A DNA stretch of 62,607 bases, the filler included, from Polymyxa betae A26-41 (taxonomy: Eukaryota > Protista > Endomyxa: Phytomyxea), in assembly GCA_003693705.1 (NCBI GenBank). It is 7 parts of 7 records of this genome, joined end to end, with 100 filler letters (N's around TTAATTAATTAA, not from the genome) between each part and the next. Parts side by side here need not be neighbours in the genome. Positions count along the whole stretch, not along the records: positions 31,124 to 37,782 come from RBZT01000628.1; positions 37,883 to 56,887 come from RBZT01000226.1; 5 more parts are not named here. The stretch is one strand, 5' to 3'. Below are positions 35,101 through 47,551 of this stretch, piece after piece. The notes under the pieces are model-generated. The model did no database searches. It saw only the letters and a list, made by a program, of their open reading frames with translations, and was not told the DNA's origin. Positions within the stretch are counted from its first letter, which is position 1, and every line of letters begins with the position of its first letter. Both the position numbers and the translations under genes were made by a program.

Positions 35101-37782
35101 CCAAGCCTGGTATCTAGAGCTGGTCGTGCTGGACCGATTGATCTTTGCCCCCAGCAAATCCATCCCATGAGATCCTTTGTTTTCGAAATTTTTCATTCAT
35201 ATTCGTTTCGTGAACTTTGCTGCAACTTGTCGCCTGGAATTCTGAATCGTTTCGACTTTTTTTGTCAAATGTATCGCCTTAACAGGCTCATTGAGATGTC
35301 TGAATATCGGTTATATTCTCAGGGAACGCGATCGGTTTCTTCAGATCGATTTGACGTCGGCGTGTTCCAATACGGCGGCTGTATTCGCAAATTGCTTTTC
35401 GTTGTCGCTGCAAGCTTCGCATTGATGCTGCTTGGGTAGCCATTCCAAGCTGTATTAAACTCCGCTTTACTTTCGTCAAAAGCTGTGCCCTCTTGACGAT
35501 TAGCTGCCATTTGTTGCTCTTCAATCTGCAACCCTTCATTCCGTCTGGTGTTCATCTTTTGTGAGAGAGTTTGATGCTGCGGCTTTAACGATATTTGTAG
35601 TATTCAAGCTGATTTTATCTTTCAATGACATTTTCATCATCATGGTTTCTTTTCGCTTTAGATATCAGCTGCCCATCCAGTAATCCTTTTGTCTGCCTTT
35701 TTTGTTTTTCTTTCTTCTGGCCGACCTGCTACAGGAACTGCTTGCGTTCAATACCTGATTCATGTAAGCGAATTGGGCCAAGTTTGTATTTCATTAATCC
35801 AAATCTGGCAAACTCTCGTGCAGACCCCAATCTATTTTCCGTCATCGTATGCCAGTCTTCTGCTTAGGTTTTGTGGTTTTCTGTTGATTTTGAAGGGTTG
35901 TCAATGTTTATTTTCGATTGTTTGATATTAGCCGTCTTGTCAGCAATAGCTTCTGATGCAGCGCATTTATCAGCATTGCTGCTCGTTATTATGATTCGGC
36001 CATCTGCCTCTCTCGGTATTTATTTAAAGTGTATTTTGCATTTCCATATCTATAAATTGGTTTTCACCTTAATCAAAATCGGCAGCAGTTTTCCTTTCTT
36101 AATGATTACCAATACAGCAGCGGATGGCATTGTGCTTGATGAGTACGACTTTATTATTTCATACAGCAAGCAGGAGCAGCAATACCGATCATCAAAACCA
36201 TGAAATCCGTTTCGCTGTCATGAAATGCCTCCTTAATCTGCAAATGTACAATTCACTTTCAAATCTCGCCTTGATCTGAAGCATTCGGCAAGCTGCTGTA
36301 TTGTCGTTCTATTGCTTGCAAAGCGCGTCTGTAGTATCAAATGTTGCACACATGCTGGTTAGGTTCGATCTAGGGTTAATTTGGCCAATAAACAGCCGCG
36401 TTTGAATGTGTTAAGGCCATCGCGATTTGGTGGAACTGCTGATGAAGATGTCGTTTTTTTGCATTGGATTGTGGCTGCACCAAACGAAGATGATCTCCAG
36501 TTAAGACTGGAACAAATGCTGGTCAAAGAGAAAGGGTCGAAGGCGATGAAGGCCGGGCTGCCTTGTTCTTCATGATGGCTTTGCGCTGCTCGCCCCGTTC
36601 GATTACGACTGACCAAATGGATGGACATAATACAGCAGCGGGATTTCAACCTGGCGGCCGATACGAACAGGATCGATATCCTTCTCTCAACGACGAGGCA
36701 AATCATGATGAGAATGAGAGTTCTTACAAGGAAGGCCATGAGTTGCCGGCGAAAAGAACGCGATCTCGATCTCGTTCTCCCCGCAGCCGGCACCATCTGG
36801 ACCGGGAGTGCGGGAAGTGCGGTATCTGAGAGTCGACGATGGGTTTGACGTTGTGTGCGAGACGATAATGGTCTCTGTAGGCAGGTTTGGCGTCGCCAGC
36901 CACAAAGCAGACAATGGGTTCCGGATGCGTGCAGAAAAATTAGCTGGTAGAGACTGGCTGCGCTCGATGGTGTCCATGAGGACCATGACTGCTGGATGAA
37001 GAAGAATGTCGCTGATGGATTCTGAAAGTAACATAAAAGAGACTTACGTTGGTCAGTCCGGAGTTGTTCAGATCAGCATCCCATTGTTCGCCACCGAATG
37101 GAAGTAAGTGCTCCGCGAGATTAACCTTTTCTAAACTAAAGCGTAAAATGACTACCAAGAAAGGAAGAAAACTTTCTGCGGAGTTCCGGTCCTTCGGAGT
37201 TCCGGGTTTTGAGATTTGTCCCCTTCACCCCGTTCTTGCACTCTTATCGCCATACGTCTGAGTTTCGCCACCGGACTACTGTATGAATATCGAGGAGACA
37301 ACGGTCCAGAATGCGACAGCAAGTCAGCAACCGTGCAGTTCACAAATACCATTACGCTGTCCGTGACGCAGTTTTGTTTGTGTCTTGACACAAAATTTGA
37401 TGGGAGGTAACTCACTTCTCAGCAAAGTTTATGCTACGGCTACGCTGTGTCTGATGTTACACGCTGTGTCCTGACATAAACTGAGTTTGCGCGATTCTTA
37501 GTTGCTTTCCAATTGATCACCCGAGTTCGCGTTTCGAGATCTGTTTGTTTCATCGTTCAGGTCCGAATGGCGTCTCGCCATATGCGATCTCGATGGAGAA
37601 ATGACCAGGGTCATCGATTAGAAATCGCCTGAATATCGTGCGATGCAAAACATCGAACACGATCGAGTGTTGAGAGCTATAGCCCGAAACCGCCGAACCG
37701 GCGCCATGTGGGGAGTTGCCCGAGCTCTGCCTCGTAGTCTCGTCACCGTCCACCATATCCCAAGCCTACAATCGATAGACAC

Positions 37783-37882
37783 NNNNNNNNNNNNNNNNNN
37801 NNNNNNNNNNNNNNNNNNNNNNNNNNTTAATTAATTAANNNNNNNNNNNNNNNNNNNNNNNNNNNNNNNNNNNNNNNNNNNN
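37783..37882. other. Artificial contig spacer
   Basis: 44 N + TTAATTAATTAA + 44 N. Confidence 0.98.
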
Positions 37883-40670
37883 CACCAGACATTATCGTCT
37901 CATTTTCGAACTCCGATTCGCAGTCAGGCACACTGGATTCTAAAGTCGGCTTCCTGAATTCCGAAGATGATCCTCAATCGGAGATTTCAGATGCGGATCA
38001 GATATCTGCTTACTGTGATAATGTTACCGAAACCCTACCATTGCCTAAGATGGCATCCCTTTCAACATCCGAGTCCAGAATACCTGCAAATCGTCATCTT
38101 TGTAATGCCGTGGGTTCAGATGGATCACTTCATGACCAGCAGGATTTGTCATGTTCGCAAACCCGCTCAGACTTGGCAATCTCGTTAACGGATTCTGGTC
38201 CAGTATCACAGTTAATGAGGAAATATATTCCCGCGAAGTGCAGAATCAAACGCCCCAGAAAGCCGAAATCACGTTGGGTTTCTTTGTTACTTTCGTCTAT
38301 TTTCCGTTTAACTGAAAATTAGGCCGTAAACTGAAAATTTCGGCATTTCTAAAATCCAAAAAGGGTAACTGTGCCTTTAGCTGTTTGATATCCTATATTA
38401 CTGATATGTCATTATAGAATCCAGCTCAACTTCCAGATCTCAGACACATAACGTGAGCTCAGGTCGGCTACTTTACAGTTTCTACTAGAGACGCTAATCG
38501 AAGTTTTGCGTCTTTAACTTTTCGTGGCCTTCAATGTGGGCTATTTATTCACCAGAGAGTATTGTTACAGATCTGCTATCCGTGCAGTCCAAACTGGAGT
38601 CTATAGCTGCATCGGAGCCATTGGTTATTGGTTGCGGACCTTCACAATGTTCCAATAATGTGGCTCCAGAAGATGTGATTGGTGATAAATTGGTGGGAGA
38701 ATCTACGAGTTCTGTCTATGAAGGTCTTGCTATGGAGCCTGACAGAACGTCTGTGATAGCCACGGAGCTCTTCTGTGACATTCCTGCTACAGAGCATGAA
38801 TTGGTGACGGAGACTTCAAAGGACCCCGTCTTTGAAAAGCCAGAATCAGAGATTGATACAGGACCCAAGATTGTTTCGGATTTCGTTTGCGACATTCCTG
38901 CTAGAGAGCCTGAAGTAGTGACGGAGACAACTACGGACACCCTCTGTGAAGTTTCTGTCACAGTTTCTGCGTCACAACCTGCTGCTCAAGTTTCCAAATC
39001 TCGAAAGCAACTCAAAAAGAAGAACAGAAAACAAAGTGCGATGTGGTTCACTCAACTTTTGATTTCTGCTAAATTTCACAATAGATAAGGCTGCGCAATC
39101 CGGAATTGCCACTCATGTGTCTCAACCTATCTCTAAGAACTTGCACGACTCCGGACCTTGTGATAAGCCCAATTCCTCCGTACCTGCTGATATTGCTTGT
39201 GAACGACCAACCACAGGTCAGCACAATCCTGCGTTCACCGATATTTTTTATCTTGGTTTTTTATTGGCAATTTTACCATTAATCCAATCGATTCGTGTTC
39301 ATTGTGAAGTATTTTCATAGTTCACCCGAAATATTGACTGTATCCGTAGATCATATTCGTAAAAATCAAAATGTGGTTTCCGCAATTCTTGGAAAACTTG
39401 ACCACCCGAGACGATTCTCGTCCCCAGACATCATTCCAGATGATCAGGTCAGTTTCAACCATTTTCAAGACGTATGTGATGTTCATTTTTTGGAACATTT
39501 CTCGGACATATGCTTTATGAGGTTATGTGCCGGGATGCTCTGTCTCGAACCCGGTCAAGGTACTGGCCCGGCCTCCATTCTCCGTGAGCAATTCTCCGCT
39601 GTCATCTCGACTCTGAACGACTTCCAACCCGACCTTCAATACCAGCTCGATGCAATTCTGTACGATATCCGAATGTCCGCGGACCAGTACGACCGAGATC
39701 AGGTCCTGAGTGCGATGCGAAGCCTGTTCAAGTTACAATGTACAAAGGAGGAAGCTCGATTGCAGAGGTGCTTGAAGGAACTGCGGCAGATCGTAGTAGA
39801 GAAGTATCCGGTTTGCGTGCAACAAGTTCATGCCGTGACGGACTCCGCTGTCTGTTTAGACCCAAAACTTGCGATGGGGTTTCTCGATCTTGTGTGCCGC
39901 GAATGGAACGTTGAACGGACATTATACAATCGAAGGGCCAGTATGAACAACAATTTTTCGAAAGCATTGGCCCAGATGGAAACTTTACTGTCAAAGAAAA
40001 AGGAACCTCAGAGAGCAGTTTCTACCGAAACTTATTTCACGCGACTCGATGCGCAAGAAGTTTCTCAACTTAAACGACTTTTCCAGCTTTGTACGGAGTT
40101 TTCAGGTAAACTAGTCTCAATATTTGTGTTTCGCTTTTGTTTATTTGCATCAAAGCTCTTAGTATTTGTTTGATACGTTTTTTATGAATCAGTCTGTATT
40201 CATCAATTGTAGATTTGTTCGACAGTGACAAACTGCGTGAGTTGCTTCTGCCTTTATCAGAATTCACATTCGGCAGCAGTCTACTGCGACGTCATAACAA
40301 TGACAATGATATCCGCGATGCGATCTTTGACATCGCACTGAAAGTCTTCAAAACCATCCGGGGGCATCAGAATGCCTGGCTTGAAAAACTTTCATGGAAA
40401 TGGAGAAAGACTGCCGTGCAACCGGAGCGGACCAATTCGAACCCATGTTTGACAAAACTCCGGGATTGGCATATCAAAGAGATTTCATTATCGATGGTGG
40501 AGCTCACTATAATCGAATTGATACAACGTGTTCGAATCCAAGTGGAGAAGCAGCTCGAAATCAAGCTATGCGAATATCAGGTGAATGTTACCCCATCTTC
40601 ATATGGAAAGTTTCTCGACGAATGTACAGAAATGGTTGGGAACCTTGCCGTTATGAAGTTCGTTCAATAA
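37883..40670 (+). CDS. Multi-exon hypothetical protein, paralog A1 (5'-partial): acidic linker, KSRKQLKKKNRKQ basic motif, helical C-terminal domain
   Basis: Collinear similarity with 49035-51639 (EHFS..C, SILRE, FQPD..YQL.A..YD...ADQY, LFQ.CTEFS|D, RVR..VEK.LE..L..YQ..VTP). Intron 40106-40212 is at the same codon position as in the paralog. Confidence 0.7.
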
Positions 40671-40905
40671 ACCCTCTGCTTAACTGGTAAACTGCTATCA
40701 CTCATGTTATCTAACTGCCATGCAGTCAATAAGAGGCCGGTTCTAGTAGAAAATGCGTGAGCAGCAATTCATTTTCCAGCCAGTCTGATTTCGTCTCGAT
40801 ATCTGATAACTAGCGGATTCGCGCTATGGATACAGAGCCGGATGTTGGCAACCATCATCAAATTAGTTTATTCTAAATCTATTCGATCCAATGAGAAGCC
40901 AGATC

Positions 40906-41920
40906 TTACACCATGCTCGGACCATCCAATAAGAAAGCGATCTCCGAACCTGCTTCAGCGTAAGAGCGGGCAGGGCGGCCTTCATTGTCGAGAAGGTTCC
41001 AATCGATCATTCCATTGATTGAGAGCAGCTCACGAACGGCGGCGGCATTTCGGGCCTGTACGGCATGGTGCAGAATCGGTCTGGGATCTTTCATAAAAGC
41101 GGCTTGGTTGAGCAAGCACCCGGAACGGCGTCTGTAGCAGAGCACGTAAGAGGCCGTGCTGGCCCTCGGTGTCTATCAGCACCATCATGATTCTGTGAAT
41201 CTGTTCAGAGAACGCAAATCGGAAGTTCTCGCACTCCATGACGGAGGTGATCACGTCGAAGCTTCCGATCTGGATCAGGTCAAGAATCTGCTCTTAGAGC
41301 GCAATGTCCGCACGAATAACGAAAGGTAAAATACGCTGCAGCTCGGTGGCCGTGAACTCGGAGAGTTTCAAATTCCACAGATGAAAAGGGAGTCAGAGAA
41401 AGAATAAGTTCATGACGAGATCTGGGTGTGATCGAATATATTGGGATGCGATAATATCGGAAACGCTCTTTGCCGTCCAATAGCGAAAACTGAGAGGTAA
41501 TTGCGCTAAATGTTCCGGAAGGCGAGCTACAATCTTGTCGCTATCAAGATAGAAGATATCATTCTTGATAACTTGAAGAATATCAGCAGGAATACTGGAT
41601 GTGGACATGGAGTCGCAATCCTCAGGAACCAGCTGTAGAAATTTGCAGAAAGTAATTCTTAGTGACAATCTTTCGTAGCGACCATCGGCCGATATGAGGA
41701 TGGATACGGCCCATCCGGGAATCAATCTGCCAACAGATGGGATCCGTCCGATTCCGCTCTTCGTGAACAGATTCAGCACGGCGTCCGGTGAATAACGCGC
41801 TGCCATCTGGAGCCGACTCAAGAAGAGAGCGGCAACTTCGTCGGTGAAGATGTCGGAGAGAACGACGGTCAGAAGCGCGAGCAGCTGCCGCAATGTCTGC
41901 ATCACAATAGCTACGTTCAT
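40906..41920 (-). pseudogene. Pseudogene paralog of the secreted ankyrin-like protein at 44095-45522
   Basis: Near-identical blocks (SD.FTDEVAALFLSRLQMAARYSP, PILHHAVQARNAA). About 336 bp deleted after MNVAIV, two premature stops and a frameshift near 41130. Confidence 0.85.
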
Positions 41921-42169
41921 GACCTCGGTGATGTAAATATGAGTGATGGGACAATACAAGCTCCGGGTAGTATCTGAAATGTGCCGACACCAATTAAGTT
42001 GAGCCGGACTTGCGAAAGCCGGAGTCTGACTGAAGCAGTGTCTGCGGCGAACCGATCTCCGTCGAGGCGTAGACACAAAACTGGCTGCGCTTCCATTGTC
42101 TGTGGCGGGAAACTACTTCTGTCTGTCGACAGCAACGCACTTTTTCATCTGTCGACAGCTGGCGACAGA

Positions 42170-42241
42170 TCTCTCTCTCTCTTTCTCTCTCTCTCTCTTT
42201 CTTTCTCTATCTTTCTCTCTCTATCCTTTTCACTCTCTCTT

Positions 42242-42272
<31 letters not shown>

Positions 42273-42365
42273 TTCTCTCTCTCTCTTTCTCTCTCTATCT
42301 TTCTCACTCTCTCTCTCTGTCTCTCTATCTTTCTCTCTCTATCTTTCTCTCTCTCTTTCTCTCTT

Positions 42366-42396
<31 letters not shown>

Positions 42397-42400
42397 TTCT
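42170..42400. repeat. Imperfect (CT)n microsatellite, about 230 bp
   Basis: Continuous CT/TT/AT dinucleotide run. Confidence 0.97.
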
Positions 42401-42852
42401 AACATCTATCAGCCCGCTCATTTCTCCTGAGAGTCAAACAGTCCAGTCATGCGGGCAATTGCACAGGCGCTGGGATTAGCTCGAATTCCTTGCGACCCTT
42501 GCTCTGAATACTGTGTTTCTGTCTCTGCTGATGACCCTAGCCATCATGTAAAAAACATGAGTGCCGTCTTGAGTTTATTTTATCAAAGGTCGGGATATTC
42601 AAAACATGCTTACAGAATACAAAACAAGTAGAAAGGTTCATATATAAATTTCAATTATTCAGAGCAAGGTCATTGTGCGATATCAATATCCCTTGTAATA
42701 AAGTAATGATAAATACAATGTTTACGTCTTCCACCGGAATCCATCAAACAATACTCAACGCTTACAAATTCATGAATCCTTAAACTGCGTATTAAATCTG
42801 ATAGTCGGTTTGACGGGTAGCATTATACAATGCAACCGACCGATTTCGTCCA

Positions 42853-43047
42853 TGTCGCGAGTACAACAAGATATGAGTTAAACCAAGAACTTAGAGAAGT
42901 GGCTCATATAGTATCTATATCTGATTATATATAAAGAGACTGTGTATGTGATAATGTGCAGGGTTTAGCTTTGCAGAAGTGGTGCAGTTGGTTGGGTACT
43001 CGGGCCGTAGACCTCTGGCTGGGATCCCTAATACATAATCCACGACA
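42853..43047 (-). mobile_element. Candidate solo LTR
   Basis: TGTCGCGA...CCACGACA inverted termini and internal TATATA. No TSD. Confidence 0.4.
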
Positions 43048-43050
43048 AGG

Positions 43051-43686
43051 AGTTATTTCTATTCCATCAAAAGAATAATTTATTCAGCAAAGGGATACGA
43101 AAGAATTTTATTCCTTTGAGGGAATTATTTTATGAGGAATTATTCCAGATTATTCCATTTCGGAATGCAGCAAATCGATGTCCCTGAGATGACAGTAAAA
43201 TTTCAAGAAGACTTGCATTTCGAGATTCGTCGGAAGCAGACGATTGCGATTGTCAGGCAATTCAAACTCTGAGACCATAAACGACGCTCGCAAATTGTAC
43301 TGGTTGGTCGAATGAAACGTAAGTAAGTAGGTATTATGGAGAGTGCACTTTTGCGCGGTTTACTTTGTCCGAAATTGCATTCATTTCTTGGACTTCCCCA
43401 GGTTCAGAGCATGAAGGGACATCCGGCTCATATTGCTGGGCTTTTAAACGTTAGGAGCATACAGCCTTTGCTCGTGAGAGTTTTAAAGTGTTGGGTTTTG
43501 CAAACTGCGGACTCCAACTCAGGATAACTTCTTTGGAGTGATCCTTATTCCGAAATAATTTTATTCTGAAAGAAGCAGAATAGGAATAACTTATTCCGGA
43601 GGGGGCGCTAGAGGAATATTATTCCTGATTTATTCCCAGTAGGGAATAAGCGAATAAACATGGAATAAATATTCCGGAACCCCTGG
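43051..43686. mobile_element. MITE-like element with GGAATA/TATTCC subterminal arrays
   Basis: Dense GGAATA/TATTCC motifs at 43051-43170 and 43540-43686. 43051-43105 is an imperfect inverse of 43540-43592. Ends ..GGAACCCCTG. Confidence 0.45.
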
Positions 43687-44094
43687 AAAACAGAGCATAA
43701 AGGTTACCCGGGCTCCGGCTTCTCACTATAAACAGACTTTGACCACGGATGGCAAACAACTTCTCAACGGGTCGCTTCGTCTGCGAAATGTGCGATATAC
43801 CACTTCGAAGCTACAATGTAACGATTCCAAAGGCTGTCATCTGACCGCATGAATGGCGCAGAAATCCAAGGACTTTATCAACAGGAGCCGTACTGGAAGA
43901 AATCCAAGGACGATCTCAACAGGAGCCGTACAGGAAGATGAGCCAATCTTCATACTATTAATAACCTAACCACAGAATCACTAGTCAGTGGAATTAGGTT
44001 TTAGAGGGTTTTCAAGGTAACACAGCACGCGCACAGAAGTCGGATTCGCAGCAAGGAGGAGTTTATCAGAAAAGAGCCGAATTATAGAGCATCA

Positions 44095-45522
44095 TCACGT
44101 TGTTCGAAACATTACAAACAGCTCAGAACATCGAATTGAATCGCGATCTTCGACCTGGACCGGCATAGAGACGGGCTGTAACTTGCTCGTACAATCCAAT
44201 AACATCGCGATCTCTGAGCCGTCTTCAGCATAAGAACGGGCAGGACGGTCCTGCTGGTCGAGAAGTTCCAAATCGAACAGACCCTCAACTGAGAGCAGCT
44301 CATGAACGGAGGCGGCATTACGGGCCTGTACGGCATGATGCAGAATCGGAATGGACGATGTCGTAGAGGCGACTTTGTGGAGCAGGCCGTCCCGGAACGG
44401 AACCTGCAGCAGAGCGCGTATGAGGCCGTGCTGGCCCTCGATCTCGATCAGCGTCCGCATGATCTGGTAGATTGAGAAATAGGCCCCAAATCGGAAGTTC
44501 TCGCACTCCATGACGGAGGCGATCACGTCGAAGCGTCCGGTCTGGACCAGACCAAGAATCTGCTTTTCCAGCGCACAATCCGCACCAGAAACGAATGGCA
44601 AAAAACGCTGCAGCTCGGTGGCTTTGAACTCGACGAGATTCAGCCTCCATAGTTGAAAAGGGTGTCCGAGAAAGAATAAGGTCTTGACGAGATCTGGGTC
44701 TGATCGAATATATTTTGTTGCAATAATATGGGAAACGCTGGATGGCGAACAATCGTTAAAACCGGGAATTATTTGTGCAAAAGGTGCCGGAAGACGAGGG
44801 GCAGTCTCGGCACCCACAATGGCATTATTCTGGACTTTTTGGAGAACATCTTCAGGAATACTGTCCGTAGATATTGAGACGCATTCCTCAGGAACCAGCT
44901 CAACAATCTTGTGCAGAATATTTCGAAGTGGTTCTCGCTCGTCCCAATTATCTGCCAATAAAAAAAGAGTTACGATCCATCCGGGAATTAATCTGCCAAC
45001 AGATGGGATCCGTCCGATTCCGCTCTCCTTGAACTGATCCAGCACGGCTTCCGGTGAATAACGTGCTGCCATCTGCAGCCGACTCAAGAAGAGAGCGGCA
45101 ACTTCGTCGGTGAAGGTGTCGGAGAGACCGACGAACGGAAGCGACAGCAGCTGCCGCGATGTCTGCAGGAAGTCGCCGCCTGACGACCGCGTTCGGACTT
45201 CGTGCCGCCACACATCGGGAATCCGGCGCCGGACATGTTCGTAGCTTGTTTTGCCCAACTGGACGAACTTCGAAGCCATCCTCAGCCCGTATTGCGCGTG
45301 CTCAATGATCAGCTCAAGCTCCAGATAACGTTCGGGCTCGTCAGGCGACCCGCTGCAAGGGGCCAGTACGACAGGTGCAGCGATGACGGCAGCGCCGAGG
45401 CTGGAACCCGTCTCGATGTTGTCCTCGCTGGCAGGAACGCGACCATGGCTGGGTTCGGTGTCGTTCTGGATGGCGGATGCCGTCACGGACAGGAGAGCAG
45501 CGATCACAATAGCAACGTTCAT
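44095..45522 (-). CDS. Predicted secreted protein (475 aa) with a C-terminal ankyrin-like repeat; effector candidate
   Basis: MNVAIVIAALLSVTASA signal peptide (same start in the paralog). PILHHAVQARNAASVHELL..D.Q.RPARSYA..EIA.LL. Uninterrupted ORF. Confidence 0.8.
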   Translation of the reverse strand: MNVAIVIAALLSVTASAIQNDTEPSHGRVPASEDNIETGSSLGAAVIAAPVVLAPCSGSPDEPERYLELELIIEHAQYGLRMASKFVQLGKTSYEHVRRRIPDVWRHEVRTRSSGGDFLQTSRQLLSLPFVGLSDTFTDEVAALFLSRLQMAARYSPEAVLDQFKESGIGRIPSVGRLIPGWIVTLFLLADNWDEREPLRNILHKIVELVPEECVSISTDSIPEDVLQKVQNNAIVGAETAPRLPAPFAQIIPGFNDCSPSSVSHIIATKYIRSDPDLVKTLFFLGHPFQLWRLNLVEFKATELQRFLPFVSGADCALEKQILGLVQTGRFDVIASVMECENFRFGAYFSIYQIMRTLIEIEGQHGLIRALLQVPFRDGLLHKVASTTSSIPILHHAVQARNAASVHELLSVEGLFDLELLDQQDRPARSYAEDGSEIAMLLDCTSKLQPVSMPVQVEDRDSIRCSELFVMFRTT

Positions 45523-47551
45523 GATCTCTGTATGAGCGATCTCACAATACAAGATTTTGTCTCCTACTCGAATGACCCAGTTTCCGGACAAACTTGTCCA
45601 GTCTACCCTCGATTCTGTCGACGCATTGTTTTCGCATATTTTCTCCGCAGAATTGATACTGACTGGCTTAGGGTTTAAAGAGCCAGAGAGTCTCATCAAT
45701 CGCAGAATCTCCTCCTTTACCTGTAAGTTTAAATCCCGTCTGATGTAGTTAAAAAACTGCTTTTATTAATAAACGTTTGCGTCAATTGGGAATATTTGAA
45801 AAGCTCAGGTATATTCAACTACTACATACAGTGGATCGGATGTGAATATGCCATCAAAACTACCATTTGGCAGCTCGAACTCACATATTATGAATATATG
45901 AGACCATACACAGGGTCAGCACCGTTTCCTATATTAGACGTAATCGAGGCTCTCCCCACTTTCGTGATCAAATAATTACGGATTGTGCATTAACCGTGAT
46001 AAAATCCCAAGCTCAAGGTATGTTATACGGTGATGAATACCGCACATGGGATCAAGCTGGCTGCAACGTAGACGGTTGAACATCTTTTGGAACGTTAAAT
46101 AAGCTATTGAGAGAAAAACGACAGAAAAAGAATCCGATTCCACAATCCAATTACAAGAAATTTTAGATTTTTAGACGCTCGGCCTCGAGAGACTCAGTAA
46201 ATGTAACATATTCACGTGAGACTGAGACTGTAATGGAATAACAGCACAGGGCTGCGCCCAACGCCCCGACTGCCTTTCAAGACACAGAGGCAGCTTGGCC
46301 CGATATCCGTTCTATCTGAATAAATATAAGACTCACTTGGTTCTTTGTGTTCTAATCCACCTAGATCTCGTTCTGACAGCGAACACAACAGACAATCTAC
46401 ACCAAACCGAGTGCAATGCGGCTCAAGATCCGAGCCGTGATGCTGGCTCCACGAATCTAATTCTCAATCCCAATATTGAAACTTGGACCGATGGAAGCCA
46501 AATCAGACCATCAAGTAGAAAGAAAGCGTCGTCCTAACAGGCGCGACTGCGATCGTAGATTTCTCAAACTACGAAGGTTACGACGAGAAAATTATAGCGA
46601 TAGAAATCGGTACAGATAAAGCTCTTTCCACTTGATTTTGATTGGCGCAAGATCCATCTATTCACTAATTCATTCTCACACGTCCAGCAACTAGCCACCT
46701 TTCCCTACAAATACGAATATAGAACTGCCTTTGCTAAGGACGTCGCCGAAAATTACCTCAATTCGCAGAAAACAATGAAAACGAATTGGCATATTATACC
46801 GAGCCACACAGAACAAAAGGTTCTCGAAGCGAGGAAGTCGACGAGCTTGCAAAACACGCAGCAGAATTCGGTGATGAGAAAATAGAACCATAACCCATTT
46901 GTGTCAAAAAATAGATTGACTCCAAAGAAACGCGAAATATTAAATAACAGAATTATCTTGATAACAAACGTAGAGTCAGAGATTATCCGGATTGGACTCA
47001 TCTCATAGAATGCAATGTCATAGCAGGATTAGTCAGAGCCCAGATCCATCATGAGCAGCCCACTGGTCGGCAAGGTGAAATGATGCCTCTCCAGTTCGGA
47101 GCAATTATCAAAGACAGAAGGACACATCGCAGGATTTATAGATGGAAACGTAAGGCCTCCCGCCTGCTGCAATCCAATGGCTATAACAATTATCAACATT
47201 AGAAGACAGATAGAGAGGACTGGGAGAGAAATAGCTGTGAGACAAGCGGGCTGCGCCGTCTGTCGAAAGATGGAAAGTGCGCAGAGATGCTTCAAAGGCC
47301 GAATCAGATCTCCATTCGATGTTCATGTTCCGTCTCTCAGCACTGTTGGCTGTCGCATATGTTAGACAGCTCGTGTCTGCTGTCTCCGGGGCAAGTCAGG
47401 TAACGTCAACGACGCTCGCTCTATCCTTGACTTTATCGCTGAATCGATGCAGGCTGGGTTCCATATCAGTGACAATCAAGTCTTTTCGCTGAAACTACGT
47501 ACGTTACAATGATCTGTTACGCTACGTCACTAACGTTACATAGGTAACTAT

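Noticed and set aside
41981-42479. LS/ER-rich ORFs
   Set aside because: Translations of the CT microsatellite.
43859-43938. Short two-unit tandem duplications (also about 13095-13132 and 17762-17791)
   Set aside because: Isolated slippage-type duplications with no further structure.
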